Sequence record: NC_031010.1
Reading direction: 5' to 3' (one strand)
Length of the DNA stretch: 64,000 nucleotides
Shown here piece after piece: positions 36,974 through 45,576 of this stretch. Position 1 is the stretch's first letter, and each line of letters opens with the position of its first letter. The translations under genes and the position numbers were made by a program. The notes beneath the pieces were generated by a model, which was not told the origin of the DNA, did no database searches, and worked only from the letters and a program-made list of their open reading frames with translations.

Positions 36974-37010
36974 AAAAAAGAAGAGTCCCTACCCCGTAAG
37001 AGGTAGGGAC
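36974..37010 (-). terminator. Intrinsic terminator
   Basis: GTCCCTACC/GGTAGGGAC followed on the minus strand by TCTTCTTTTTT. Confidence 0.8.
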
Positions 37011-37129
37011 GCCTGCAATCTTTTTTTGCTGAAAAAAGTGGCTTTGCAAGCGACGGGTTGTGTGTAGTGCTACAAGTGTAGCCATCGACAGTATCGTCAC
37101 AATACAGAGACCATCTGTATTTTTGTAGT

Positions 37130-37288
37130 CTATTTAACCATCGGCATTTCGCACGCACGAATCTGTCGCATAAGCTGCCAGTAACGTGTTGGGTTCTTTA
37201 ATGCAATTTCAATACCCCGACGGGTACGGTGTGGCAGTTGCTTACACAACTTATCGACACGGGCCTTGTGTAGCGCCTTGGCGTCCAT
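37130..37288 (-). CDS. 52-aa basic hypothetical protein not in the ORF track
   Basis: MDAKALHKARVDKLCKQLPHRTRRGIEIALKNPTRYWQLMRQIRACEMPMVK; SD GGAG. Confidence 0.55.
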   Translation of the reverse strand: MDAKALHKARVDKLCKQLPHRTRRGIEIALKNPTRYWQLMRQIRACEMPMVK

Positions 37289-37305
37289 GAGCTGTTCTCC
37301 AGAGG

Positions 37306-38232
37306 TTAATGTGGTAGTCCGACATCATTACCGTCGCCCTGCTCTTTGTGCGAGTGTTTCGAGAACGTAATGTTTGCGATGATGGCTTCGCTGACCGTAA
37401 ACGTACCAACACCGGTACCTTTGCCGCCGTACTTGAAGTCTTCGGTGACTTCGAGTGGGCCTTTGAACATCGACTTCGCAGATGTGGTGAGCCAGTCTTT
37501 GGTGGTCCACTGCATCGAGGCGGATGCATTACTCACGCGTTTCTCGCACTTCTCACTGATGAGCTTGGTTTCGAGGTAAATCGCTTTTTTAGAGAAGATG
37601 AAGACCTCCTCTTTATTGGCATTCACCTTGGACAGCATGGCGTTCTCAAACCCCACATCGTCCTCAATGGAATTAATCCAATACTTGTTACCTTTGTGGT
37701 CCTGACATACCCATGTGCCGTCACGTGTATTAAACTGGTGCATAAAGGCGGCTTTCTCGCCATTCACCATACAGGTGCGCAGGGTAATGTGGCCTTCTTT
37801 GGGCGACACGTTCAGCATGTACGCATTCGAGAAGTCGTCCGCCATTTGGTTGGCAGGGTCTGCCGCCCACGCGTAGATGACGTTCTCCAGTCGCTTCACG
37901 TTCGAGATGTTAAAGTCCATCCAGAAGTACATGTCGGTATCACCCAACTGGAATAGCATGACCGAGTCTTCTTTACAGACATCGGGCGAGGTCACGCGGT
38001 TGGTGTTCCATTTCCACCACCGAGCACGAATGCTGTTGCCCCCTTTGATTTTCAGGTTGTCCTGTGACCCGTTACTGATATGAGTAAATTCATCCTCCGA
38101 CGTTTCTGCGTCGACGTTGGTCGGATCGACAAAGTTCACCTCAATGGCGATAGCGTCGATATAATCGGTACCTTGAGGCTTGTCTTTCGCCACAATACCG
38201 ATTGAGTAAAACTTCACCTGTGAGTTGATCAT
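37306..38232 (-). CDS. Baseplate central spike (gpV/gp138-like puncturing protein)
   Basis: C-terminal beta-rich region ending FSKHSHKEQGDGNDVGLPH, with the HxH metal-binding tip typical of contractile-tail spikes. Confidence 0.7.
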   Translation of the reverse strand: MINSQVKFYSIGIVAKDKPQGTDYIDAIAIEVNFVDPTNVDAETSEDEFTHISNGSQDNLKIKGGNSIRARWWKWNTNRVTSPDVCKEDSVMLFQLGDTDMYFWMDFNISNVKRLENVIYAWAADPANQMADDFSNAYMLNVSPKEGHITLRTCMVNGEKAAFMHQFNTRDGTWVCQDHKGNKYWINSIEDDVGFENAMLSKVNANKEEVFIFSKKAIYLETKLISEKCEKRVSNASASMQWTTKDWLTTSAKSMFKGPLEVTEDFKYGGKGTGVGTFTVSEAIIANITFSKHSHKEQGDGNDVGLPH

Positions 38233-38240
38233 GTCGGTCT

Positions 38241-38260
38241 CCTGTTATCATACAAACAGG
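38241..38260 (-). promoter_or_regulatory. TATGA late-promoter candidate inside an inverted repeat
   Basis: Minus strand CCTGTTT-GTATGAT-AACAGG directly upstream of the spike gene. Confidence 0.4.
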
Positions 38261-38412
38261 TACCTCAGTTTTTACAGATAAGCGATCTATTGTGTCTGAA
38301 ATAGAACACACGGGGGTAGGGGGACTATGTGATACCCTTTGACAGGAGCGGAGTCTGAGGGACGAAGACGACTTCCTTTATCTTGGGTTTGGGTTTAACG
38401 AGGAGAACAAAC

Positions 38413-38829
38413 GTGGAAGCGGTGTTACGAGGTATTCGACACAAAGACCCGATCGAGATGCTCGAGGGGTTTGTCAAAGAGGTGTTGCCGGCAGTCTTAC
38501 CCGAATGGGTAGTGGGCAATATTGAAACCTACATTCAAGGGAAGTTGCTCTACCCCTACACGCACATGATGATGTGGGAAACGCAAGCGCCGTTAAGGAC
38601 GGTCGCCGGGCCGTTACTGGACGCTGTGGAGTTGGAGATTGCCCGCACGGGGATGTTGGTCTACGGCATGAACTGTCGGGGGATGGCACAGGTGCGCTTG
38701 GCCGACCACCCGCAGTTTACGTACGCGGTGCGGGTTGAGCTTGCGGTGATTATCCAGCCGCTAGGCCACCCACCGAAACACCCGCTGCGGATACAGGCGG
38801 TGGTCTCGTTACGTCAACCCTTAAAATAA
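38413..38829 (+). CDS. Hypothetical protein
   Basis: GTG start 7 nt after SD AGGAG. Confidence 0.6.
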   Translation: MEAVLRGIRHKDPIEMLEGFVKEVLPAVLPEWVVGNIETYIQGKLLYPYTHMMMWETQAPLRTVAGPLLDAVELEIARTGMLVYGMNCRGMAQVRLADHPQFTYAVRVELAVIIQPLGHPPKHPLRIQAVVSLRQPLK

Positions 38830-38832
38830 TAC

Positions 38833-38852
38833 AGATAGATATCATCTTTGTG
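38833..38852 (+). promoter_or_regulatory. Conserved intergenic motif, likely early promoter (copy 1)
   Basis: AGATAGATATCAT-CTTT-GTG. Confidence 0.6.
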
Positions 38853-38920
38853 CACTAACGTTTCCTAAACCCCTCACAATGAGTTGGGTTGGAGGTTAGT
38901 TGCTCTAAAAGGATACTACC

Positions 38921-39577
38921 ATGGCTTTTTACGATGAAGACCCATCTGAACGCAGCTCCTCTCTTGCCCGTGACTACCCTGTTTCGGAGTTCTTCCCGTC
39001 GATGGAGAGTAACTGGGAGAAAGCCTCGCGCTGTCTCCAACCGATTTTACCCCGTTGGATTCAGAGTTTGATGTACGGGAAAGTGCTTTCACGCAACAGC
39101 ATCAAACTCATCCACCAGTACGAAGAACTCGCCGAGGTGCAAAAGTTTGTGTCGCACCAGTTGCACAGTAATCTACAACGTGCGCTCAATGACGGATCAC
39201 TGGTTAGTGTCTCGGCGGCGTACTGCAAAGTCGAGATTAATGGCATCGTGTCGTTTGGGGCGATGATCAATATCAGCCAAATCAATAATCCTGATAAGCC
39301 ACGGCTGTACCGCACCTTTGAAGGGTTCGTGAACTTCCAAAACCGTACCCAGTGGGATATCGGTGAAGTGCCAGACCCGAATGACCGCACCATCAACGAC
39401 CCCGCGTGGCTTATCCCGTCGAATCGCACCCGACAGGTTGGTCATCCTGAGTTTCCAATCAGAATGCGCCTTGACATGATGGGACAGTATTGCGTGGAGA
39501 ACGGCTGGACAGCGTACCGGGTATTAGGCCAACAGTTATTATTAACAGTTGAGCTGGTTATTAAGAAAGGGCAGTAA
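38921..39577 (+). CDS. Hypothetical protein
   Basis: 218-aa ORF with SD AAGGA. Confidence 0.7.
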   Translation: MAFYDEDPSERSSSLARDYPVSEFFPSMESNWEKASRCLQPILPRWIQSLMYGKVLSRNSIKLIHQYEELAEVQKFVSHQLHSNLQRALNDGSLVSVSAAYCKVEINGIVSFGAMINISQINNPDKPRLYRTFEGFVNFQNRTQWDIGEVPDPNDRTINDPAWLIPSNRTRQVGHPEFPIRMRLDMMGQYCVENGWTAYRVLGQQLLLTVELVIKKGQ

Positions 39578-39587
39578 CATTCAGTAC

Positions 39588-39612
39588 AAGAGGGTCTCGG
39601 CCCTCTTTTTTT
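39588..39612 (+). terminator. Intrinsic terminator
   Basis: AAGAGGGT-CTCG-GCCCTCTT followed by a T-run. Confidence 0.8.
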
Positions 39613-39632
39613 CTTACCTCTAAGGAGTAATC

Positions 39633-40184
39633 ATGCTGTTACGTCGCTATAAAAAAATTGAAGAATTCAAAGCAGACTTTCCAAAGCAGTTAGCGCAGTT
39701 AGATTTTTCCAGCATTGAAGACAACATCATCAAAAGCGGTGGACGCCTGGCCGTGGCCATCGACGGTGACGCCATCGTGTCTATCTTTGCCGAAGTGCAC
39801 CCCAACCCGATTGTGACGGTGCTGACCTGTGTGGCGAACTTTGCCCCGGTCATCGCCCAAGACCTGTTTAATGACTATCGCCTTGAGCACAAGCTCGGCT
39901 TTTTGCTGGTTGATGTCCCGACGTGGTTAAACGTCGACGGTTCCGACCCGCTGTCTGTGATTTGTCGCAGCCCCCGCTCGACGCTGGGTACCCCGCTCGA
40001 ACAGTTTCAGGTGAAAGACCAAGATAACCTGCGCAAGCGTCTGCGCCACATTCGCAACAGTAACCAACCCTACGACTACCAAATCCAAATCATGGGTTGG
40101 TCAGCCGAGGAGGTCGAGCGTGGCCGTGCGCACCTGTCTGCGCTGTCTTATGAGCCCGTACGGCATCAGTACGCGATTAACTAA
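39633..40184 (+). CDS. Hypothetical protein
   Basis: 183-aa ORF with SD AAGGAG. Confidence 0.75.
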   Translation: MLLRRYKKIEEFKADFPKQLAQLDFSSIEDNIIKSGGRLAVAIDGDAIVSIFAEVHPNPIVTVLTCVANFAPVIAQDLFNDYRLEHKLGFLLVDVPTWLNVDGSDPLSVICRSPRSTLGTPLEQFQVKDQDNLRKRLRHIRNSNQPYDYQIQIMGWSAEEVERGRAHLSALSYEPVRHQYAIN

Positions 40185-40195
40185 GAGGCAAACCA

Positions 40196-40732
40196 ATGAA
40201 GGTCACCGCATTTCTGGCAGTTCCCGGTAAATCTGATTCCCTGCCGGAACTCACGCCCAGTTACACACTGGTAAAAGACGCCACTGCACTCAAGGCATCT
40301 ATTGACCGCCAGCGCGGCGAGTCAAGTGACCCGTACACGCTGATTGAAACCGAAGTGAACATCAACCGTTTCTTCGTCAACGATCGCAAAGGCATTTACG
40401 TCAAGCTGCAGCAGATTGAAGATTTGATGGGCCGTGATTTCGCCATCACTTTCGCTGTACGCAACGAACACGAAGTGCAAAAGACCCCGCACTACAAAAA
40501 GATTCGCGAACTCAATCCGGGTGTGAATCTGCGTAGCCTGCTGAAAGACACCCTGCCGGTGCTGCCAGACGTTGACCTGTTACCGGGCACCGTGTTTGGC
40601 AACAAGCAGATTGTCGAGCGCCTGATTAAAGAAGGCTACGACGGTGCCAGCCTGCTGGGTAGCGACGGTATCCCGCAATACTTTGTCTTCAGTGCTGAAC
40701 AGCTGAAGGTCAAACGTACCAGCACCGTCTAA
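40196..40732 (+). CDS. Hypothetical protein, weak resemblance to ART-PolyVal-like domains
   Basis: C-terminal EGYDG.....QYFVFSAEQLK. The CDS is solid; the function is weak. Confidence 0.55.
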   Translation: MKVTAFLAVPGKSDSLPELTPSYTLVKDATALKASIDRQRGESSDPYTLIETEVNINRFFVNDRKGIYVKLQQIEDLMGRDFAITFAVRNEHEVQKTPHYKKIRELNPGVNLRSLLKDTLPVLPDVDLLPGTVFGNKQIVERLIKEGYDGASLLGSDGIPQYFVFSAEQLKVKRTSTV

Positions 40733-40739
40733 AGAGTAA

Positions 40740-40776
40740 AGGTTACACCTTCGGGTGTAACCTACCTTTATTTTTT
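40740..40776 (+). terminator. Intrinsic terminator
   Basis: AGGTTACACC-TTCG-GGTGTAACCT then ACCTTTATTTTTT. Confidence 0.9.
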
Positions 40777-40823
40777 ACGTCTCATTTTTTTCTTTTGGGG
40801 TATGTGCGAACGGAAATGATTTC

Positions 40824-40843
40824 AGATAGATATTATTTTCGTG
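40824..40843 (+). promoter_or_regulatory. Likely early promoter (copy 2)
   Basis: AGATAGATATTAT-TTTC-GTG. Confidence 0.6.
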
Positions 40844-40904
40844 GAGTTGTGCTTTACTCCTTTCATCCTAACCTTAACCCGTCGCTATCGACAGGACCTC
40901 CCAC

Positions 40905-42479
40905 ATGGCCTTTGGTTCCGTGTGCCTGCTTCGAATCCGACACCCAGAGCATTACCGCATGAACAGCCAACAGAAATTCCAAACCATCGTCGAGCGTGAA
41001 CTTGCCAACTTAAAAGGTAAGTTTCAAAAGAGTTCTGAACTGGCAGTGGCGCTGCACGAAGCCGTTGTGGCAGCCGCAAAGAAAGAAACTGATCTTTCTG
41101 TTATCCGGCTTTCAATTCACTCGCCCGACCTGAAGAACAATGTAACCGATATCAATGCCGATTTGCGACTGTGTCTTAGTTTAGCCAACGGGGAAGAATT
41201 AACCGCTTACATTGCCACCGAAGCATGGTTAAACGCCCTTCCACTTGAGTGGAGTTTCCAAGGCATTCTTCCAGGGCAGGTGACGACTACCATTGGCACG
41301 CTTCTCGTAAACATTGATGGGGCAAACAGTCTCGAAGAGGCGGCGCTAGTCGTTGCGCAAACTGCCGCCAAAGAATTCCCGGGCTATGTCATCTACCACA
41401 CAATGGACAGTGACGGGATGTGGGTGGTCTATTTCCTTGAAAGAAAAACCACTAAAGTAGCGATTGTCGGTTCGTGGGCGTTAGCGGATTTCTTCCCGCG
41501 TTTAGCCACACAATCTACACAGTCTGCCATTAAGGTCACGGTCGACAGTATCCTGAACATGTTAACTCCACCACAAGAGCTGCAGGGGTTGGGTGGGATA
41601 CAACGTTCGCCTGAGAACCTTTTCATCGCAGTCAAAACCTACCTGCGAAACTTGCGGGACTATTACCGTGTGGCGTTCCCGTTCACCTACCAAGTGCTGT
41701 GGGCAACCTCCACCGATAGCCTAGCGAAGCCGGTGTTGGAATTGATTGGCAGTGCTGAGCTGTCACTGGTTGCTGAAACAGATGCCATCATTAGCATCAT
41801 CGAGCGTAGGATTGGTGATGATGCGGAACTGCGCGAGAAGTTCTTGGCGCATGTACGCAACCCCATGCATATCGCAACCCACATCATGGTCCGTATTACC
41901 GTTGACGTAGGGGTTACCAAAACGTGGTTCAGTCCGATTGCGGGCATGGTTCGAGCCTCGGGGTCTTATGATGTCAACACCAATAACCCACACCTGCCTT
42001 TGTGGGTCGTAGCGTCGTTCCGTGAGGTCATGACACCGCCACCTCGGCCGCGTAACCCACGCAATGCACTGGAAGACCATGTTCATGACTTGGTTGAAAG
42101 GTTGGGTCAGGAGTTTGGTAAAGGGTCTGTCTTTGTCCCGCGCCTGAAGGCCAACATTGCGACACTGTGGGGTTCAGTCGTTGAGAACCACGCGAAGCCG
42201 CAGTTAGGTTTCCAAGCGCCGTACCGCATGGTGCGCACCATCGTTGCGGATTTTGCTCAGTGGCTCGACTACCACGGCAAAGATCTGATGATGTCTGATG
42301 ACGACTTCTCCATGCATGTTGTGCCAGCGCAGTTCGCAATTGAAGTTATCTTCACCGACCACAGGACAGGCCGTACCGAAACCGTGTTGTTCACCTATGC
42401 GGATTTAGACGGGCAGATTAAAGCGGGTCTGGATTGGCACCCTGAAGCGCCATCCTTCTTCATCCCCCGCGAGTTCTAA
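40905..42479 (+). CDS. Hypothetical protein (about 520 aa)
   Basis: Long ORF between a promoter motif and a terminator; start 40905 or 40959. Confidence 0.75.
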   Translation: MAFGSVCLLRIRHPEHYRMNSQQKFQTIVERELANLKGKFQKSSELAVALHEAVVAAAKKETDLSVIRLSIHSPDLKNNVTDINADLRLCLSLANGEELTAYIATEAWLNALPLEWSFQGILPGQVTTTIGTLLVNIDGANSLEEAALVVAQTAAKEFPGYVIYHTMDSDGMWVVYFLERKTTKVAIVGSWALADFFPRLATQSTQSAIKVTVDSILNMLTPPQELQGLGGIQRSPENLFIAVKTYLRNLRDYYRVAFPFTYQVLWATSTDSLAKPVLELIGSAELSLVAETDAIISIIERRIGDDAELREKFLAHVRNPMHIATHIMVRITVDVGVTKTWFSPIAGMVRASGSYDVNTNNPHLPLWVVASFREVMTPPPRPRNPRNALEDHVHDLVERLGQEFGKGSVFVPRLKANIATLWGSVVENHAKPQLGFQAPYRMVRTIVADFAQWLDYHGKDLMMSDDDFSMHVVPAQFAIEVIFTDHRTGRTETVLFTYADLDGQIKAGLDWHPEAPSFFIPREF

Positions 42480-42488
42480 TATCGACAC

Positions 42489-42513
42489 GGGCAACCTTCG
42501 GGTTGCCCTTTTT
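42489..42513 (+). terminator. Intrinsic terminator
   Basis: GGGCAACC-TTCG-GGTTGCCC-TTTTT. Confidence 0.9.
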
Positions 42514-42531
42514 CATGGCAAGGAGTAATCA

Positions 42532-42777
42532 ATGGAACTGGTTTATACCGATAAGAATCACGAAGTCATCGATAGCTATCGGGTGATTTCTTGTAGCAAG
42601 AATCTGGGCGACGTGGAAACTGTGGTCATCACGTCAGCGGGAAAAGTTGCACTGTTGTTAAGCAACGGACTCTCACAGCCGAACCTTTCGGACTTTAGCC
42701 TGCATCTGGCTCACTCAGACAAAGACCGCATCAACCGCCGTGTGAACGTCGTGGATAACCACGTACAGCCACACTAA
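42532..42777 (+). CDS. Hypothetical protein
   Basis: 81-aa ORF with SD AAGGAG. Confidence 0.7.
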   Translation: MELVYTDKNHEVIDSYRVISCSKNLGDVETVVITSAGKVALLLSNGLSQPNLSDFSLHLAHSDKDRINRRVNVVDNHVQPH

Positions 42778-42784
42778 CCTTACC

Positions 42785-42807
42785 GGAGACAGATGTCTCC
42801 TCTTTTT
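42785..42807 (+). terminator. Small terminator-like hairpin
   Basis: GGAGAC-AGAT-GTCTCC-TCTTTTT. Confidence 0.55.
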
Positions 42808-42820
42808 GGGATTACAAGCA

Positions 42821-43186
42821 ATGCGCAAAGCAGTTCTTTTGGCGTTCCTGTTGGTCGCCACTACCACCGCCGTTTCAGCCCCGAGTGTGTTACCGGCCGT
42901 GTTTAAACCCACCGAAGACTCTATGCCGGTTGACCCGGATGAAGTCGTTGTCGAGCTGGCCAGTAAAAGTGAATGGACGGTCTATCGTCTTGCCACGGTC
43001 ACCAACCGCTGTACGGGTCTGGTACTGGCGAACACACGTACCCACTATTTTCAACGCTTACGGGATATCTCCTGTGACGATGGTGTGACCTCTGCGCACA
43101 TCATCCCACTGCGTCAGAATGGGGTGTACGCGGTGGACTTCTACAACGAGTCAGAGCTTATCGGGCGCTTAACCGTTAAGCGTTAA
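42821..43186 (+). CDS. Secreted small protein (2 Cys)
   Basis: Signal peptide MRKAVLLAFLLVATTTAVSA. Confidence 0.65.
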   Translation: MRKAVLLAFLLVATTTAVSAPSVLPAVFKPTEDSMPVDPDEVVVELASKSEWTVYRLATVTNRCTGLVLANTRTHYFQRLRDISCDDGVTSAHIIPLRQNGVYAVDFYNESELIGRLTVKR

Positions 43187-43256
43187 ATTTACGTGTTCAC
43201 CTCATCCTTTATAGGGTGGGGATTCCTTTATTTATTTTCCTATAAGGAAAGTCAAA

Positions 43257-43652
43257 ATGAAACGAGTCTTTATCGCCCTAGCGCTCTTCATGAGTGCATT
43301 CGCTGCCCAAGCATTGACATTGGAAGTGCCCGATGTTGTAAAGGATGGGGACGCTCCTAAATCTAACGCGCAGTTCTGGTGTAATACAAAGACCACCGCC
43401 ACCGGCCAGTGTGAAACTGTGCAGGTTGACCAAACCTTTACTTACATCTTAGTTCACCAACCCGGTACGGAACAGTGCCAAGCCGGCCGTTGGAGCTATA
43501 TCAACATTGATACCTCAACAGGCTATCGGGTTCACACCAAAACCAACACCTGTCGGGGTAACATCCACGCGAAGCTCTTTACCGTGGATGGCAAAATGGC
43601 GGTTGTCTTCTTAGACGACACCACCCCTGTTGAAATCGTTTACATTAAATAA
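43257..43652 (+). CDS. Secreted 4-Cys protein, paralogue 1
   Basis: Signal peptide ending AQA; motif HQPGTEQCQAG. Confidence 0.8.
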   Translation: MKRVFIALALFMSAFAAQALTLEVPDVVKDGDAPKSNAQFWCNTKTTATGQCETVQVDQTFTYILVHQPGTEQCQAGRWSYINIDTSTGYRVHTKTNTCRGNIHAKLFTVDGKMAVVFLDDTTPVEIVYIK

Positions 43653-43670
43653 TCTTTTTAGGAGAAGTCC

Positions 43671-44069
43671 ATGTTTCGTGCCATTCTGATTGTTATTGGT
43701 TTTATCGTTGCTGCGGCTAACATCTCGGTTGTACGTGCTGCCCCCTCGTTTGACGGTGTATTGATTAAGCCCTACAAATACCAGCCAGCGGGCTTTGACA
43801 AATGCTCCAGCAATCCACTTGTGGCGAACAGTTGCCGGGAAACCGAGAAGATGGAACAGTTCACTATCCTGCATCAGCCGGGCGGTGAAACCTGTCCTGC
43901 GGGCTACTTCTATTTACTCGACGACAAACAGCAAGCCGCGTCAGCCCTGCCCACCGAGGAATGCGACCCCTCAGTTGTACTCAATTTTGTGAAGAACCCC
44001 ACGAATAATCAGGTCTTCATTGTCATGTCACTGCACGGAGAGCCAGTGTCGAAGTTCACGATACAATAA
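43671..44069 (+). CDS. Secreted 4-Cys protein, paralogue 2
   Basis: Signal peptide ending VRA; motif HQPGGETCPAG. Confidence 0.8.
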   Translation: MFRAILIVIGFIVAAANISVVRAAPSFDGVLIKPYKYQPAGFDKCSSNPLVANSCRETEKMEQFTILHQPGGETCPAGYFYLLDDKQQAASALPTEECDPSVVLNFVKNPTNNQVFIVMSLHGEPVSKFTIQ

Positions 44070-44081
44070 AAGGTAGGTCGC

Positions 44082-44489
44082 ATGTTCAGATTGTTTGCTT
44101 TGCTTGGGATATTAATTGCGGGGGTCGCACACGCAGAATTCGATGGGGAGCAAATTCCCCATTACCGTGTGAACAACGGCACCCCGATGAAACGCTGCAC
44201 GGTGGAAGCATTCAAAGATGGACGCTGCTTCGAGGTTGCCGAACAGGGCAACCTCGTTATTCTGGCGTTCGAGCTTGGGCCCTGTAAACTCAAACGACCA
44301 GAAGACTACGGGTATGTCTTGTTGAATACCCGCTCTAAACTGGTCACCCCGTTGAACATCACTGGCGAGCACTGTGGCGAAATGCCGGTGCCACGTTTTA
44401 GTGTGTCGACGGATAACGAAGGTGAGACCCAACCGGTTATTTCATTTTTTGCCAATAACCAACAGATTCAAACCTTCTACTTGAACTGA
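44082..44489 (+). CDS. Secreted 4-Cys protein, paralogue 3
   Basis: Signal peptide ending AHA; same Cys spacing. Confidence 0.75.
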   Translation: MFRLFALLGILIAGVAHAEFDGEQIPHYRVNNGTPMKRCTVEAFKDGRCFEVAEQGNLVILAFELGPCKLKRPEDYGYVLLNTRSKLVTPLNITGEHCGEMPVPRFSVSTDNEGETQPVISFFANNQQIQTFYLN

Positions 44490-44498
44490 GGGTAGTCT

Positions 44499-44879
44499 AT
44501 GTCTCAGAGTGAACTGGCAGCGTATGCCGAATCGTATCGAAGCGATAACAACGACGGAAGCGAATTCTTCTTTCCCGCTCATGAAGGGCATTGGGAGGAA
44601 CGGGTTTTACACCCATCCGACTTTTCTGATTTGTGGTCAACTTCGGCTGAAGCCAGAGAGTATCTGGAAGCCGAAATCCGCATGCGAGTGAAAGATGAAC
44701 TGCCCCACGCTGATTTTGTAGATATGTTACGCCACGGGGTTAAGTGTGCGGTAATTGCCACCTGCATCAATGGCCGGTATCGACTCTGGGATGGACACCA
44801 CCGAGTAGCCACGGCTATTATCCGAAACGAACCCATCACCGCCGTGGTGGGTTACCGTTGTCTATCCCAAGTAATTTGA
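44499..44879 (+). CDS. ParB/sulfiredoxin-like domain protein
   Basis: YRLWDGHHRVATA matches the ParB-N DGHHR motif. Confidence 0.7.
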   Translation: MSQSELAAYAESYRSDNNDGSEFFFPAHEGHWEERVLHPSDFSDLWSTSAEAREYLEAEIRMRVKDELPHADFVDMLRHGVKCAVIATCINGRYRLWDGHHRVATAIIRNEPITAVVGYRCLSQVI

Positions 44880-44898
44880 GATAGATATTACCTTGGTG
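44879..44898 (+). promoter_or_regulatory. Likely early promoter (copy 3)
   Basis: AGATAGATATTAC-CTTG-GTG. Confidence 0.6.
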
Positions 44899-44934
44899 AG
44901 AGAACACATCACTCTCTCACATTGGTAGTCTGTT

Positions 44935-44981
44935 GGCCCTGTAGTTCAACCCCCAGAGTTTTTGGCTACAGGGCCCTTTTT
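44935..44981 (+). terminator. Hairpin with U-tract in a 5' leader
   Basis: GGCCCTGTAG/CTACAGGGCC then CTTTTT. Confidence 0.55.
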
Positions 44982-45018
44982 AACTTAATCGACTTTTGTT
45001 ACACCCTAGGAGCCTATC

Positions 45019-45528
45019 ATGTTAGAAGTTAAAAATATCCACGATCATGCGAAGTATTTCGTTAATCTGATGACAGCGTTTAATGTTGACGGCGATGCCC
45101 TGCGCAGTATGGTATCAACGACTACCAAAGTGCTGGAACTGCAGCAAATGATGCACCGGAATGAGAACGTCGGGGTTATCGCGCAAGCTGCTACGAAAAT
45201 CAGCCTGACGTGGTTCAACCATGCGTTCCGTCATCCCCTCTTTAACAAACACACGCAGAACTTCTTCTACGTGAAGCGTCAGCTCCATGCACTCGACATC
45301 GAGTTGCAGGACACCTCACGCAACTACCCGCACGACGCCACCACGCGCTACATGGTCATTGCTGACCCGACTGCCGGCGGGATGGAGATTCTGGATCTGG
45401 AATCCGGTGAGCGTCTCCCGGCGGTTGCGGCCTTTACCACCAACGGTGCACTGTCTTCGGGCAAGGCCACCATTAACCACAAAGAGGAGCGCGTCTGGAA
45501 CAGTTCTCCAGATGCTCGCTTCCTCTAA
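45019..45528 (+). CDS. Hypothetical protein
   Basis: 169-aa ORF with SD AGGAG. Confidence 0.75.
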   Translation: MLEVKNIHDHAKYFVNLMTAFNVDGDALRSMVSTTTKVLELQQMMHRNENVGVIAQAATKISLTWFNHAFRHPLFNKHTQNFFYVKRQLHALDIELQDTSRNYPHDATTRYMVIADPTAGGMEILDLESGERLPAVAAFTTNGALSSGKATINHKEERVWNSSPDARFL

Positions 45529-45532
45529 CAGC

Positions 45533-45558
45533 GGCCCCTGCGGGGGCCCTTTCTTTTT
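45533..45558 (+). terminator. Intrinsic terminator
   Basis: GGCCCC-TGCG-GGGGCC then CTTTCTTTTT. Confidence 0.8.
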
Positions 45559-45576
45559 GTTTGATGAGAAGAGAAC

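Noticed and set aside
36949-37158. 69-aa minus-strand ORF
   Set aside because: It runs through a strong terminator and has no SD; the 52-aa ORF 37130..37288 is better supported.
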